A stretch of 64,000 bases of DNA, from assembly GCA_029251375.1 (NCBI GenBank), contig JAQXDL010000038.1:10578-74577 (forward strand), given 5' to 3'. The notes under the pieces are model-generated. The model worked only from the letters and a program-made list of their open reading frames with translations. It was not told the DNA's origin and made no database searches. This document shows positions 1 to 9,717 of the stretch, piece by piece (position 1 is the first letter of the stretch; every line of letters starts with the position of its first letter). This stretch comes from Pseudomonadales bacterium (GTDB taxonomy: Bacteria; Pseudomonadota; Gammaproteobacteria; Pseudomonadales; Azotimanducaceae). The position numbers and the translations under genes are program-made.

Positions 1-1199
1 AAATCATAATCTTGATTGAAGGAATATTTAAAATCATTCGTACCGAAGATGTACTTCAAAGAGACCTCGTCGTTCAAATCCCAAGTGATGTCGTTCTGAC
101 TTGCGCGATGCTCAAACAGTTCGTTGTTGCAGTTCCTAGTCGTATAGGGAAACTTACAGTCGCCTGCGCCATCGTCGTTAATCGCAACCTTGTTATTGGG
201 ATCATCTTTTGACGCGCCGGCAAACAATTCAGCGCTTGCAGGCTGGTTAAACTGAGAGTTCACCAACCACGTCGCAGAAGTATCAACGCCGGGTCTATTT
301 TGAGCACCGTATACCGTTGTACCAAGTACAGGGTCAACAAAGGCGAGCGCACCAGGGTCAGTCGCGCCAACTGAGTGTAATCCGTTAGCATAAACACCGG
401 CTGAGTGAACCCCTCGCAGCGGCGTTGGACCTTCGGTGATACCGACCGGAGAAGCAATCACTCGATCAGATTCACGGTCATTACCACGAAGTTTGACGGT
501 GATGTTATCTGAAACATTCCACGTAACGGCTAAAGAGAGATTTTGGTCATCGGTGGAATTAGTATCATCACTACCGTCAATGCTTTCTTGCAGACCGTCT
601 TTGGATCTCGTGATCGCTAGTGCCCGGAATGCTAATTTGTTTTCAATAATGGGGCCGGAAATAACGCCATAAAACTCTTGATCATTGTAGTTTCCAAGTT
701 GCATTCGTGCATCGCCGGTCCAATCAAAAGAAGGATCCTTGGTAATGTAGTTCAACGCACCACCAATTGCATTTCGGCCATATAGGGTGCCCTGCGGACC
801 ACGCAACACCTCTATACGCTGTATGTCATAAAGCGCATTTTCAGAAGCAGCGATTCCAAAGTCGGGCGAGAAAACGCCGTTATAATAGGTTGCAACACCA
901 GGGTCCCCGCCGAGTGCGCGAAAATTTCGACCGACACCTCGAATACGAATATCGTATGCATCTCTCGTTGTGGCAGGAATATAATTCACCATATCGTCAG
1001 CACCTTGAAGACCAAATTCTTCAATAGCGTCTGCTGAAAATGCGGTAATAGAAATGGATGTATCAGATACTGTTGCTTCAACTTTTTCAGCTGTCACAAC
1101 GACTTCTTCTATCTGTCGATCTGCTGCATAAGCGGATGCCGAGAATACGGCTGCTATGCTTAAGGTCAACAGGTTGGATCGAGTCCTTAACATTGTCAT
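1..1199 (-). CDS. TonB-dependent outer-membrane receptor, N-terminal part (3' end runs off the window)
   Basis: Hand translation of the minus strand from ATG at 1199 (alternative ATG at 1193). It gives signal peptide MTMLRTRSNLLTLSIAAVFSASAYA, then plug-domain motifs EEVVVTA and DIQRIEVLRGPQGTLYGRNAIGGALNYITK. The frame stays open to position 1. It is absent from the ORF track because no stop lies inside the window. Confidence 0.9.
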   Translation of the reverse strand, partial: MTMLRTRSNLLTLSIAAVFSASAYAADRQIEEVVVTAEKVEATVSDTSISITAFSADAIEEFGLQGADDMVNYIPATTRDAYDIRIRGVGRNFRALGGDPGVATYYNGVFSPDFGIAASENALYDIQRIEVLRGPQGTLYGRNAIGGALNYITKDPSFDWTGDARMQLGNYNDQEFYGVISGPIIENKLAFRALAITRSKDGLQESIDGSDDTNSTDDQNLSLAVTWNVSDNITVKLRGNDRESDRVIASPVGITEGPTPLRGVHSAGVYANGLHSVGATDPGALAFVDPVLGTTVYGAQNRPGVDTSATWLVNSQFNQPASAELFAGASKDDPNNKVAINDDGAGDCKFPYTTRNCNNELFEHRASQNDITWDLNDEVSLKYIFGTNDFKYSFNQDYD

Positions 1200-1710
1200 A
1201 GACAATTCCCCTGAGTTTAGACCGTGCTTCTTAATGAAGCTTTATTGTTTTTGTTTTTCGGATGGCTCAATCAAACACCAAACCCTTAGGGAAAAACTAC
1301 ACCTTAACAATGTCGTTGTAAACCATGACCAAATTGATCTTTGCCGCCTTACTAATTGCGAACGGCGTGATTTTTGTGAACGTACAGGAATAAGGCGCCC
1401 TTAATCACTCAAAGTTATTAGTTTCGACCACCGCATTAGCCAAACCAATAAATTTCGGGCACTTCATCCAACCACATGAATCTCTTTCACTTTTAGGGTC
1501 TTTTGGCTGCAAATGTTTCAGGCAATTAATGGAACTATCTTTGTCAAAACAGTCCTAATAGTGAAGAAAATCGTGATCGAAGCCTTTTGACGCGCCAAAT
1601 AGGCTTATATTTACTCACTTTTTCTTCACATTCTCTTCATTTTCCTTATGGACTTAGGTATAGTGCCGACCTTGAAACCATAGCTACCAGACTTGGAAAA
1701 ACCAACCGTA

Positions 1711-2628
1711 ATGAAGCAACAGCGAACCATTCAAACGATCGTCAGTACCATTGGCATAGGTGTACACACCGCCAATAAGGTGCAGATCACGCTGAACCCA
1801 GCTCCTATTAATACCGGTATTGTGTTTATCAGAGAAGACCTACCGGGACGGCCTCAAATCGCGGCTAAAGCAGACAACGTTTCCAACACCATGCTCGCGA
1901 CTAGCGTTAGCGAGAATAATGCAACAATCTCCTGTGTCGAACACTTAATGTCCGCGTTTTGGTCGATGGGTATTGATAACGTCATCGTCGAGATAGACAG
2001 TGAAGAAGTTCCTATCATGGATGGCAGTGCTGCCCCCTTCATCTATTTAATTAAGACCGCGGGTATTGAAGAACAAAACGTACAACGCCGTTATATTCGC
2101 ATAAAAAAGGCACTCCGAATTGAGCAGGAAGACGCCACTGCTCAACTACTGCCTTATGATGGATTCAAAGCGTCATATCAGTTCATCTACGATCATCACG
2201 TCTATAATCGATTTCCTAAATTTGCAGAAATAGATTTTTCAAAAACGTCATTTGTCGATGAAGTAAGCCGCGCACGGACTTTTGGCTTGATAAAAGAACT
2301 CGATCAAGCACAAGCGCTCAACCGATGCTTGGGCTCAAGTCTTGAAAATGCCGTCGCAATTGACGACTACAGTATCGTGAACCAAGACGGCCTGCGCTAC
2401 GAAGACGAGTTTGTGAAACACAAATTACTGGATGCAATCGGCGATCTGTACCTCTTAGGACACACCATTATTGGCGAATTCAAGGGTTACAAATCCGGCC
2501 ATACAACCAACAACCTACTTGCACGGAAACTGTTGGCTCAAACCGATGCATGGGAATTTGTCAGCTTCGATGAGAAGCAAACACCACTGACAAAGACGTT
2601 CGAATTTCTTCAGCCTGTTGCCGTCTAA
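1711..2628 (+). CDS. lpxC: UDP-3-O-acyl-N-acetylglucosamine deacetylase
   Basis: Full-length resemblance to LpxC: MKQQRTIQ..., NTGIVF, VEHLMSA, PIMDGSAAPF, SRARTFG, FVKHKLLDAIGDL, KSGHTTNN. ATG at 1711 matches the usual LpxC N-terminus, so the TTG at 1693 in the track is probably an over-extension. Confidence 0.93.
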   Translation: MKQQRTIQTIVSTIGIGVHTANKVQITLNPAPINTGIVFIREDLPGRPQIAAKADNVSNTMLATSVSENNATISCVEHLMSAFWSMGIDNVIVEIDSEEVPIMDGSAAPFIYLIKTAGIEEQNVQRRYIRIKKALRIEQEDATAQLLPYDGFKASYQFIYDHHVYNRFPKFAEIDFSKTSFVDEVSRARTFGLIKELDQAQALNRCLGSSLENAVAIDDYSIVNQDGLRYEDEFVKHKLLDAIGDLYLLGHTIIGEFKGYKSGHTTNNLLARKLLAQTDAWEFVSFDEKQTPLTKTFEFLQPVAV

Positions 2629-2696
2629 AACGCCACGCTCTCTTATGTTCGGCACAACTATCAAATGGGATATCAAGTAGACGATAGGCCATGCCC

Positions 2697-3464
2697 TTAC
2701 TGGCTTTTAAATTTTGCAGCGGTCTCTCGTGCAGCTCTCACCTTGTCATTAGTCTGATTAAACAGGACGTCACGGCGAGCTTTTTCTTCAGTTTCAGTTA
2801 GCGTCTTTTTACCTAGTTCTTCACCGACTTTACGTCCCGTCTGAATCGCAGCACGACCAGCAACCTCATCGACCCATCGTTTCAAATGTGGATACGTTTG
2901 CCAAGCTTCCTCACTAATTAATCTGCCGATCAGGAACGCCCAGGGCCAGGTGATAATGTCCGCGATACTATACCTGTCACCTGCTAGATACTTAGTCACT
3001 GAAAGTTGAGCATCCATAACACCACTAAGTCGATCAACCTCACCAACAAATCGCTTTGTACCGTATTCGAGTTGCGACGGATCTCTGGCTATATTCTTAC
3101 CGTAATTTTTAAAGTGATTAGCATTGCCCATCATTGGACCTAGATTCGCCATCTGCCAATGGACCCACTGTAGTACATTATATTTAGCTGCCGGTTCAGT
3201 TGGCATGAACTTGCCTGTCTTTTCAGCTAGGTATTCTAGTATTGCTCCCGACTCGAAAATAGCGATCGGCTCACCGCCACCAAGCGGATCATGATCAACA
3301 ATTGCAGGCATTCTATTATTAGGACTCAGACGTAAAAAGTCAGCTGTAAACTGATCTCCACCACCGATATCAACAGGGATAATGTTGTACGCAAGACCGC
3401 ACTCTTCCAACATAATGGTGACTTTCCAGCCATTGGGGGTTGGCCAATAATATACGTCGATCAT
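2697..3464 (-). CDS. Nu-class glutathione S-transferase-like protein (YfcG/YghU family)
   Basis: N-terminus MIDVYYWPTPNGWKVTIMLEE...GDQF..FLRLSPNNRMPAIVDHDP..GGEPIAIFESGAILEYLAEKTG is collinear with E. coli YfcG as I recall it. The C-terminal part carries a SIADI..WPW motif. Confidence 0.85.
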   Translation of the reverse strand: MIDVYYWPTPNGWKVTIMLEECGLAYNIIPVDIGGGDQFTADFLRLSPNNRMPAIVDHDPLGGGEPIAIFESGAILEYLAEKTGKFMPTEPAAKYNVLQWVHWQMANLGPMMGNANHFKNYGKNIARDPSQLEYGTKRFVGEVDRLSGVMDAQLSVTKYLAGDRYSIADIITWPWAFLIGRLISEEAWQTYPHLKRWVDEVAGRAAIQTGRKVGEELGKKTLTETEEKARRDVLFNQTNDKVRAARETAAKFKSQ

Positions 3465-3600
3465 TATCTTTATCCTCTTAGCTATTTTCTAATATCGTCC
3501 AATAATCTAACTCAGCATTCGCGCCTGACCGCGACTATGAGAATATGTTGGGTCACTAAGCAAAGTTTGTTGGCCCGCAAAAACTGATTTTTATCCTTCT

Positions 3601-5565
3601 CTAAAAAGCGGTGTTCTCTAATAGCTCCTCAACCTCCGCCCATCGAGTCATGGCTGTGTCGATTTGAGTCTCCAACAATTTAAGTCCGTCATAAACTTGC
3701 GCCTGCTCTTCTGAAGACTTTGCGTAGAAACTATCTTCGGCCATTTGCTTCTGTAACTCCGTTACTTTGGCTTCGTCTTTTTCTATCTGCTGAGGCAGTT
3801 TTACCATTTCCTTCTCAAGTTTTTTGCGATCCGCTTTTTGCTTCTTTCGCTCTTCATGAGAAATTGGCTCATCAACGGTATTCGCAGAGCCATTGTCGCC
3901 AAAACCTTTTGAATTTTGCGACGCGGAAGCGGAAGACTTAGATGAAGATTTGTCTTTTTTCTTATTACCGAACGCTTTCTTCATAGCCTTTTGGTAGGTT
4001 TGCCAGTCGCTATATCCGCCGACATGCTCTTCGATATACCCATTGCCATCAAACACCAGCAAGCTAGAAACCACGTTATCCATAAAGAGCCTGTCATGGG
4101 ATACGATGAGTACCGTACCATCGAAGGTCAGCAACATTTCTTCAAGCAACTCGAGACTTTCAATATCAAGATCGTTAGTAGGTTCGTCTAAAACCAAAAG
4201 ATTTGCAGGCAGTGAGAATAGCCGAGCAAGTAACAACCTATTTTGCTCACCACCTGAAAGCGTGCGGATCGGTGCTCGCGACTGGTCAGGACTAAACATA
4301 AAGTTGCCTAAATACGTAACGACATGGGTACTTTTACCGGAGATATCGATATATTCTCGACCCTCCGATATATAGTCAGAAACGCTCATTTCGGGATTCA
4401 ATTTGTCCCTTAACTGATCAAAATAAGCAACCTTAAGCTTCGTGCCTGTCTTTACCTCACCGGCGTCAGGCTTGATTTCTTCAAGCATCAATTTAATCAG
4501 TGTCGATTTACCACATCCATTCGGGCCAACCATGCCGATCCGATCACCCCGTTGAACAATGAGACTAAAATCGCTAATTATCTCGTCGTCACCAAAGGAT
4601 TTTTTAACATGTATGAGCTCTTTCACAATCTTGCCTGAGGAGTCGCCCGAATCAATGGCCATTTTCAACTGACCGGAAGTACGGCGTGACGCGCGCTCGA
4701 CACGCATTTTCTCCAAATCCCGAACCCTGCCTTCATTTCTCGTTCGCCGGGCCTTTATACCTTGGCGAATCCAAATTTCTTCTTTTTTCAGACGCTCATC
4801 AAATTTCTTGTTGTGGGTTTCTTCTACTTCTCGCTGATGATCACGTCGTTCAATAAACTCATCATAGCCGCATTCCCATTTAGTCAAACGGCCACGATCA
4901 ATATCGACAACACCCGTCGCCACTGAACGCATCAACTCTCGGTCATGACTGACGAAAATAATAGTGCCTTCAAAATCTAGCAATAGGTTCTCAAGCCACT
5001 GAATCATCGGTATATCGAGATGGTTAGTCGGTTCATCGAGCAGCCAAACATCAGGGTCGCGCACTAACGATCTGGCAATCGCAACCCGTTTGCGCCAGCC
5101 GCCCGACAACTGATCTAATCGAACATCGCCGTCGAGTTTAAGTTTGTCCAGAATGCTGTCGATGCGATGACTAAATGACCAGCCATCGCCCGCTTCGATC
5201 TGCTGCTGTAGGTTTGCAAACCTATCTACGGCATCGGGCGTCAACTCATGCGCTAGACGATGGTACTCCGCAAGTTTTTCACCCATTGATTCAAAAACGC
5301 CAGCGACGACTTCAAAAACAGTTTTGTCACTGTTCTCGGGTAAATCCTGTTCGAGGGTCGAGAAGACCAATTTCTCCTGACGCCAAAGCTGGCCGTCATC
5401 GAGATTCTTCTCATTACTGAGGATTTTTAGAAGCGTACTCTTACCGCTTCCATTTCGGCCACTGAGACAAAGTCTTTCACCTGCCTCAATAACAAGATCG
5501 ACATGATCGAGAACAACATCTTCGCCGAAAGATGCCAGTGCGTTTTTTAGCGTTACAATAGCCAT
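3601..5565 (-). CDS. uup: ABC-F family ATPase with C-terminal coiled-coil (Uup-like)
   Basis: Two ABC cassettes (GRNGSGKST and GPNGCGKST Walker A, LSGGWRKR and LSGGEQNR signatures). No transmembrane domain. Lys/Glu-rich coiled-coil tail. Confidence 0.85.
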   Translation of the reverse strand: MAIVTLKNALASFGEDVVLDHVDLVIEAGERLCLSGRNGSGKSTLLKILSNEKNLDDGQLWRQEKLVFSTLEQDLPENSDKTVFEVVAGVFESMGEKLAEYHRLAHELTPDAVDRFANLQQQIEAGDGWSFSHRIDSILDKLKLDGDVRLDQLSGGWRKRVAIARSLVRDPDVWLLDEPTNHLDIPMIQWLENLLLDFEGTIIFVSHDRELMRSVATGVVDIDRGRLTKWECGYDEFIERRDHQREVEETHNKKFDERLKKEEIWIRQGIKARRTRNEGRVRDLEKMRVERASRRTSGQLKMAIDSGDSSGKIVKELIHVKKSFGDDEIISDFSLIVQRGDRIGMVGPNGCGKSTLIKLMLEEIKPDAGEVKTGTKLKVAYFDQLRDKLNPEMSVSDYISEGREYIDISGKSTHVVTYLGNFMFSPDQSRAPIRTLSGGEQNRLLLARLFSLPANLLVLDEPTNDLDIESLELLEEMLLTFDGTVLIVSHDRLFMDNVVSSLLVFDGNGYIEEHVGGYSDWQTYQKAMKKAFGNKKKDKSSSKSSASASQNSKGFGDNGSANTVDEPISHEERKKQKADRKKLEKEMVKLPQQIEKDEAKVTELQKQMAEDSFYAKSSEEQAQVYDGLKLLETQIDTAMTRWAEVEELLENTAF

Positions 5566-5610
5566 GAATACAACGTTTAATCTAACAGTGAATAAAAAAT
5601 AACCGAGTGG

Positions 5611-5904
5611 TTATTCCGAGTGTGACTTATCGAATTGAGATATCTGCTCAGCCGATGCCGGCGTTTGATACAACGACTTCCATTGCGCATAGGGCATACC
5701 GTAAATTACTTCGCGGGCCTCTTCATAATCGATATCAATTCCTTTATCCTCTGCCGCCGCTTTGTACCACTTGCTTAGACAATTTCGGCAAAAACTAGCA
5801 AGATTCATTAAATCAATATTTTGAACTTGTTTGTTGTCATCCAAATGGCTGACAAGGCGACGAAAAGCCGCGGCTTGAAGTTCAATTTGTGTTTGTTCGT
5901 CCAT
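5611..5904 (-). CDS. DUF1244-family small protein
   Basis: The 97-aa sequence FRRLVSHL...VQNIDLMNLASFCRNCLSKWY matches my memory of the DUF1244 signature. Confidence 0.75.
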   Translation of the reverse strand: MDEQTQIELQAAAFRRLVSHLDDNKQVQNIDLMNLASFCRNCLSKWYKAAAEDKGIDIDYEEAREVIYGMPYAQWKSLYQTPASAEQISQFDKSHSE

Positions 5905-5996
5905 AGCAACTCCGAATAAATTATCTAAAACATTCTGAATAACATCAATATGTCGACATCATAACACCCGACAGGATCTAAGTGACCGTACAAGCT

Positions 5997-8822
5997 ATGA
6001 CAGATTTCATCATTGGGCAAAAATGGATCAGCAATGCTGAACCTGAACTTGCTATGGGGCGCATCATACGCCTTGAAGATAGGACTATTTCGGTCTTTTT
6101 TGACCTAAGCTCGGAAGAACGAACTTATGCACGCAAGCAAGCACCGTTAACACGAGTAAAATTCAACCCTGGCGACGATGTTGCAACACTAGACGACATC
6201 GTGATTACCATTAGTTCTGTGGCAGAGAAGAATGGTATTTTTGTCTATCATGGCAACTACCAAGGCACATCAACGGTTGTACTGGAAACCGAGTTAGATC
6301 CCAATGTTCGATTCAGCAAACCGATCGATCGTTTGTTGACGCATCAGATCGACGCGAACCCTTGGTTTAATCTTCGATACGAAACCTGGCGGCACATGTC
6401 GCGTCTCACCGCCACTGAAAATCGCGGGCTATACGGGCCACGTGTGTCGCTTATTCCACACCAGTTATATATTGCGAATGAAGTGGCTAGTCGTTACTCA
6501 CCAAGAGTGCTGTTGGCGGACGAAGTGGGATTAGGAAAAACCATCGAGGCTGGATTAATTATCCACCAACAACTTCAAACAGGTAGAGCCAGCCGAGTGT
6601 TGATTATTGTTCCTCCTGCTCTTACCTTTCAATGGTTTGTAGAAATGATTCGTCGGTTTAATCTTCAATTCACCGTGCTTGACGAGGAACGTTGCTTAGA
6701 TATCCTCGCCGATAATAGCGAGCTATCGTTGGATGATGAGGACAATACCAACGATTTTAATCCATTTGAAGCACAGCAACTGATGCTTTGCACTTTAGAT
6801 CTGTTTAAAAACAATCCAGATCGCCTGGAACAAATCGTTGATACCGATCTCGATCTCGTCGTTGTTGATGAAGCACATCACCTGCAATGGAGTAAAACAG
6901 ACTCAAGTATCGAGTACGACATTGTTGAAATACTCGCCCGCACAACCCGTGGTTTGTTATTATTGACGGCTACCCCTGAGCAATTGGGAAAAACGGGGCA
7001 TTTCGCACGGCTTCGCTTATTAGACCCTAATAGATTTCACGACTACGACGACTTCTGTGACGAAGAAGCTAACTTTGGCGAAATTGCAGAAGCTGCCACC
7101 GACCTTTTGAGTGGTACCGAGAGCCTCGCCGAAAGTGCACGCTCATCCATTAGCTCATTGCTTAATTTACAAGCGGATGACGCGACCCTCATTTCATCTT
7201 TACTTGATCGTCATGGTACGGGCCGAGTTCTGTTTAGAAACGTTAGATCCGCAATCAAAGGGTTTCCGAAGCGGGTGCTAGTGGAGGCAGAATTTGATCT
7301 GCCTTCAAGCTTCGCATCCATCATCAAGTCCGATGAATATCCCGAACATATTATCCCTGGTTGGTACAACCACGATCCACGCTTAGCATGGTTAGTTGCC
7401 TTACTGCAGAACGCGCCGGCACAAAAATTTCTGCTAATTTGCGCCGACGCGAAGACCGCTATCGAGATACACAAAAAGCTCGGCGAACTAACTAATACTC
7501 GCACAACAATCTTCCATGAAGGCATGGCATTAGTCGAACGAGATAGGGCTGCAAACTACTTTGCGGAAACGGTTCGTGGCGCCCAACTCCTGATCTCCTC
7601 AGAAATTGGTAGCGAAGGCAGGAACTTCCAATTCGCCAGTCATTTGATTCTGTTCGATCTACCTTCAAATCCGGACCTGTTAGAACAGCGCATTGGACGA
7701 CTAGATCGCATCGGCCAGCAACATGATGTGACCATCCATACGCCCTACTTCACGAACCATAGATCGCATAGACTACTGAGGTTTTATCGAGACGGCTTAG
7801 CTGCATTTACCGCGCCTAATCCGGCCGGCCAAAGCTTGTTTGAAGATTTCGGAACGAATCTGATGACCGATGATCTTGAGACGATAATAGTAGAAGTACG
7901 TCAGGCAAACAAAGAAAGACAGCGCATATTGAACAAAGGCAGAGATCGATTATTGGAGTTAAATTCACACAAGCCGGACGTGTCTCACGGTATTGTTGTC
8001 GATGTGAACAATCATCAGGGTGGACTTGAATTGGAAGACTATATGGAAAGTTCTTTCGACATGTTCGGCTTAGAATCAGAATACACAGGGGAAAACATTC
8101 TCACTGTTAAGCCAACCGAGTCTATGATTCGAAATGATGCAATTAGCATCGAAACAATGGGTCACTACCATTACCCAGAACTACCGGAGGAAGGCATTCG
8201 GATCACTTACGATCGCGATACAGCCCTCGCGGTCGAAGACGTCAACTTTTTTACCTTTGAGCATCCCATTGTTCAGCAAGCGATGGATCTAGTCACATCG
8301 GATGTCGCCGGTAATAGCACAATGATTGCTGTTAAGCACCCTTCGCTGCCTGCTGGGACACTGCTTGTTGAAGCTCTACACATCGTTGACTGCGTAGCGC
8401 CACTCGCACTTCAAGCCGATAAATACATGCCACCGCGTATTATTCGTAGTGTTATCACACCAAAGCTCGCTGACATTAGCAGCCAACTGCCCTATCAAGA
8501 CTTTATCACTGAACAGTTGGACATACCGGTCACCACCTACGTCACAATACTGCAAAGCCAACAGGAGGGTATAAAAGAGATGGCAAATCATTCTCGACTG
8601 GTTGCCTTGCAAGCATTAGAAAAAGAAAAGTCAGCTGCAAAACAAAAGCTACAAACACAAATGGACCAAGAGTTGAATCGCCTCAAAGCGCTTAGAAAAG
8701 TCAACAACAGCATTCGACTTGAAGAAATCGAATACCTTCAAGAGACGACCGAAATGTTACTTGAAGCAATTGAAAATGCCGAAGTACGAATGGATGCGCT
8801 AAGGGTTATCGTCGCAGCTTAA
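5997..8822 (+). CDS. rapA: RNA polymerase-associated Swi2/Snf2 ATPase RapA (HepA)
   Basis: N-terminus IGQKWISNAEPELAMGRI...TRVKFNPGD resembles RapA. Helicase motifs LLADEVGLGKT and DEAH (VVVDEAHHL) are present, and the length is about 940 aa. The ATG at 5997 is preferred over the GTG at 5982. Confidence 0.92.
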   Translation: MTDFIIGQKWISNAEPELAMGRIIRLEDRTISVFFDLSSEERTYARKQAPLTRVKFNPGDDVATLDDIVITISSVAEKNGIFVYHGNYQGTSTVVLETELDPNVRFSKPIDRLLTHQIDANPWFNLRYETWRHMSRLTATENRGLYGPRVSLIPHQLYIANEVASRYSPRVLLADEVGLGKTIEAGLIIHQQLQTGRASRVLIIVPPALTFQWFVEMIRRFNLQFTVLDEERCLDILADNSELSLDDEDNTNDFNPFEAQQLMLCTLDLFKNNPDRLEQIVDTDLDLVVVDEAHHLQWSKTDSSIEYDIVEILARTTRGLLLLTATPEQLGKTGHFARLRLLDPNRFHDYDDFCDEEANFGEIAEAATDLLSGTESLAESARSSISSLLNLQADDATLISSLLDRHGTGRVLFRNVRSAIKGFPKRVLVEAEFDLPSSFASIIKSDEYPEHIIPGWYNHDPRLAWLVALLQNAPAQKFLLICADAKTAIEIHKKLGELTNTRTTIFHEGMALVERDRAANYFAETVRGAQLLISSEIGSEGRNFQFASHLILFDLPSNPDLLEQRIGRLDRIGQQHDVTIHTPYFTNHRSHRLLRFYRDGLAAFTAPNPAGQSLFEDFGTNLMTDDLETIIVEVRQANKERQRILNKGRDRLLELNSHKPDVSHGIVVDVNNHQGGLELEDYMESSFDMFGLESEYTGENILTVKPTESMIRNDAISIETMGHYHYPELPEEGIRITYDRDTALAVEDVNFFTFEHPIVQQAMDLVTSDVAGNSTMIAVKHPSLPAGTLLVEALHIVDCVAPLALQADKYMPPRIIRSVITPKLADISSQLPYQDFITEQLDIPVTTYVTILQSQQEGIKEMANHSRLVALQALEKEKSAAKQKLQTQMDQELNRLKALRKVNNSIRLEEIEYLQETTEMLLEAIENAEVRMDALRVIVAA

Positions 8823-8859
8823 TATCAGTGCAGCTACACGATAGTTTAATCAGTAAAAC

Positions 8860-9294
8860 CTACATGTCAGCTTCGATAGCCTCGCGCACTTCAATGACAT
8901 GAACATCGAAATTGAAAGTAATACCAGCTAAGGGATGGTTGCCGTCGATTGTAATACCGTCCGACTCAATCGAAACCACCTTGACGACCTGTGACTCTTC
9001 TCCAGAACCTATTTGAAAAATCATTCCAGCTTCAATCTCTTCGGCATCTGATTGGATCATATCCCGGGATACAGTTCGTACTAATTGTCGCTGCGGCCAG
9101 CCGTAGGCATCTTCGGGACCAATAGTGATAGCGAACTCATCGCCGACATCTCTTCCCGTCACTGCTTTCTCAAGCCCAGGAATCATCGATCCATCGCCTT
9201 CAACAAAAAATAATGCTTCGGCAGCCTCTGAGGAATCAACCACTTCGCCAGCTTCATTGCGTAATGCATAGTTGAATTTATAATAGGTTGGCAT
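8860..9294 (-). CDS. FKBP-type peptidyl-prolyl cis-trans isomerase (SlyD/FkpB-like, short form)
   Basis: 144 aa. The segment IDGNHPLAGITFNFDVHVIEVREA is typical of the SlyD/FkpB C-terminal half. It has an insert-in-flap style layout. Confidence 0.8.
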   Translation of the reverse strand: MPTYYKFNYALRNEAGEVVDSSEAAEALFFVEGDGSMIPGLEKAVTGRDVGDEFAITIGPEDAYGWPQRQLVRTVSRDMIQSDAEEIEAGMIFQIGSGEESQVVKVVSIESDGITIDGNHPLAGITFNFDVHVIEVREAIEADM

Positions 9295-9426
9295 GTGATT
9301 ATCCGATTGGGAGACAGAAAATATAAAGTATGCAGCTGCTGTAATTCAGCGGCGTAATTATACTCGGCGTGACCTTGGACGCAATAAACCATAAACGGCT
9401 ATCTTGCTGAGTCGTATGAGTATCCA

Positions 9427-9642
9427 TTACCGCAGGTCGTCATCCCCTGAATTTTCGTGGGGCAAATTTCGAGGTTCGTGTACGGAACGACAACACAAAC
9501 CGACACAGCAAACCAATTGCTCGCATCTTGCATTATTACACTTCACTTCAGTGGTCCAATTAAATGATCGATTCAGCCCATCAGTCCAATAAATTGTTTG
9601 AAACTGGCAGTTCGCATTTACGCTGACCTTCAATTTAGCCAT
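9427..9642 (-). CDS. Possible small Cys-rich protein (71 aa), unverified
   Basis: This is the only ORF filling the 423-bp gap between two minus-strand genes, and it has the same orientation. It has 7 Cys, including CEQLVCCVGLCC. No Shine-Dalgarno is visible upstream (taaacctgATG) and I recognise no homologue. Confidence 0.25.
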   Translation of the reverse strand: MAKLKVSVNANCQFQTIYWTDGLNRSFNWTTEVKCNNARCEQLVCCVGLCCRSVHEPRNLPHENSGDDDLR

Positions 9643-9717
9643 CAGGTTTAGCTATCAATTTGGGAAATCAGCTTCAGCGATCAATGATCAATACGAGACA
9701 CCACTATGGCTTTACGG

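Noticed and set aside
1200-1692. A riboswitch (cobalamin/TPP) or Fur box upstream of the TonB-dependent receptor.
   Set aside because: No B12-box-like GCCACTG, TPP core or GATAATGATAATCATTATC-like sequence is visible on the relevant strand.
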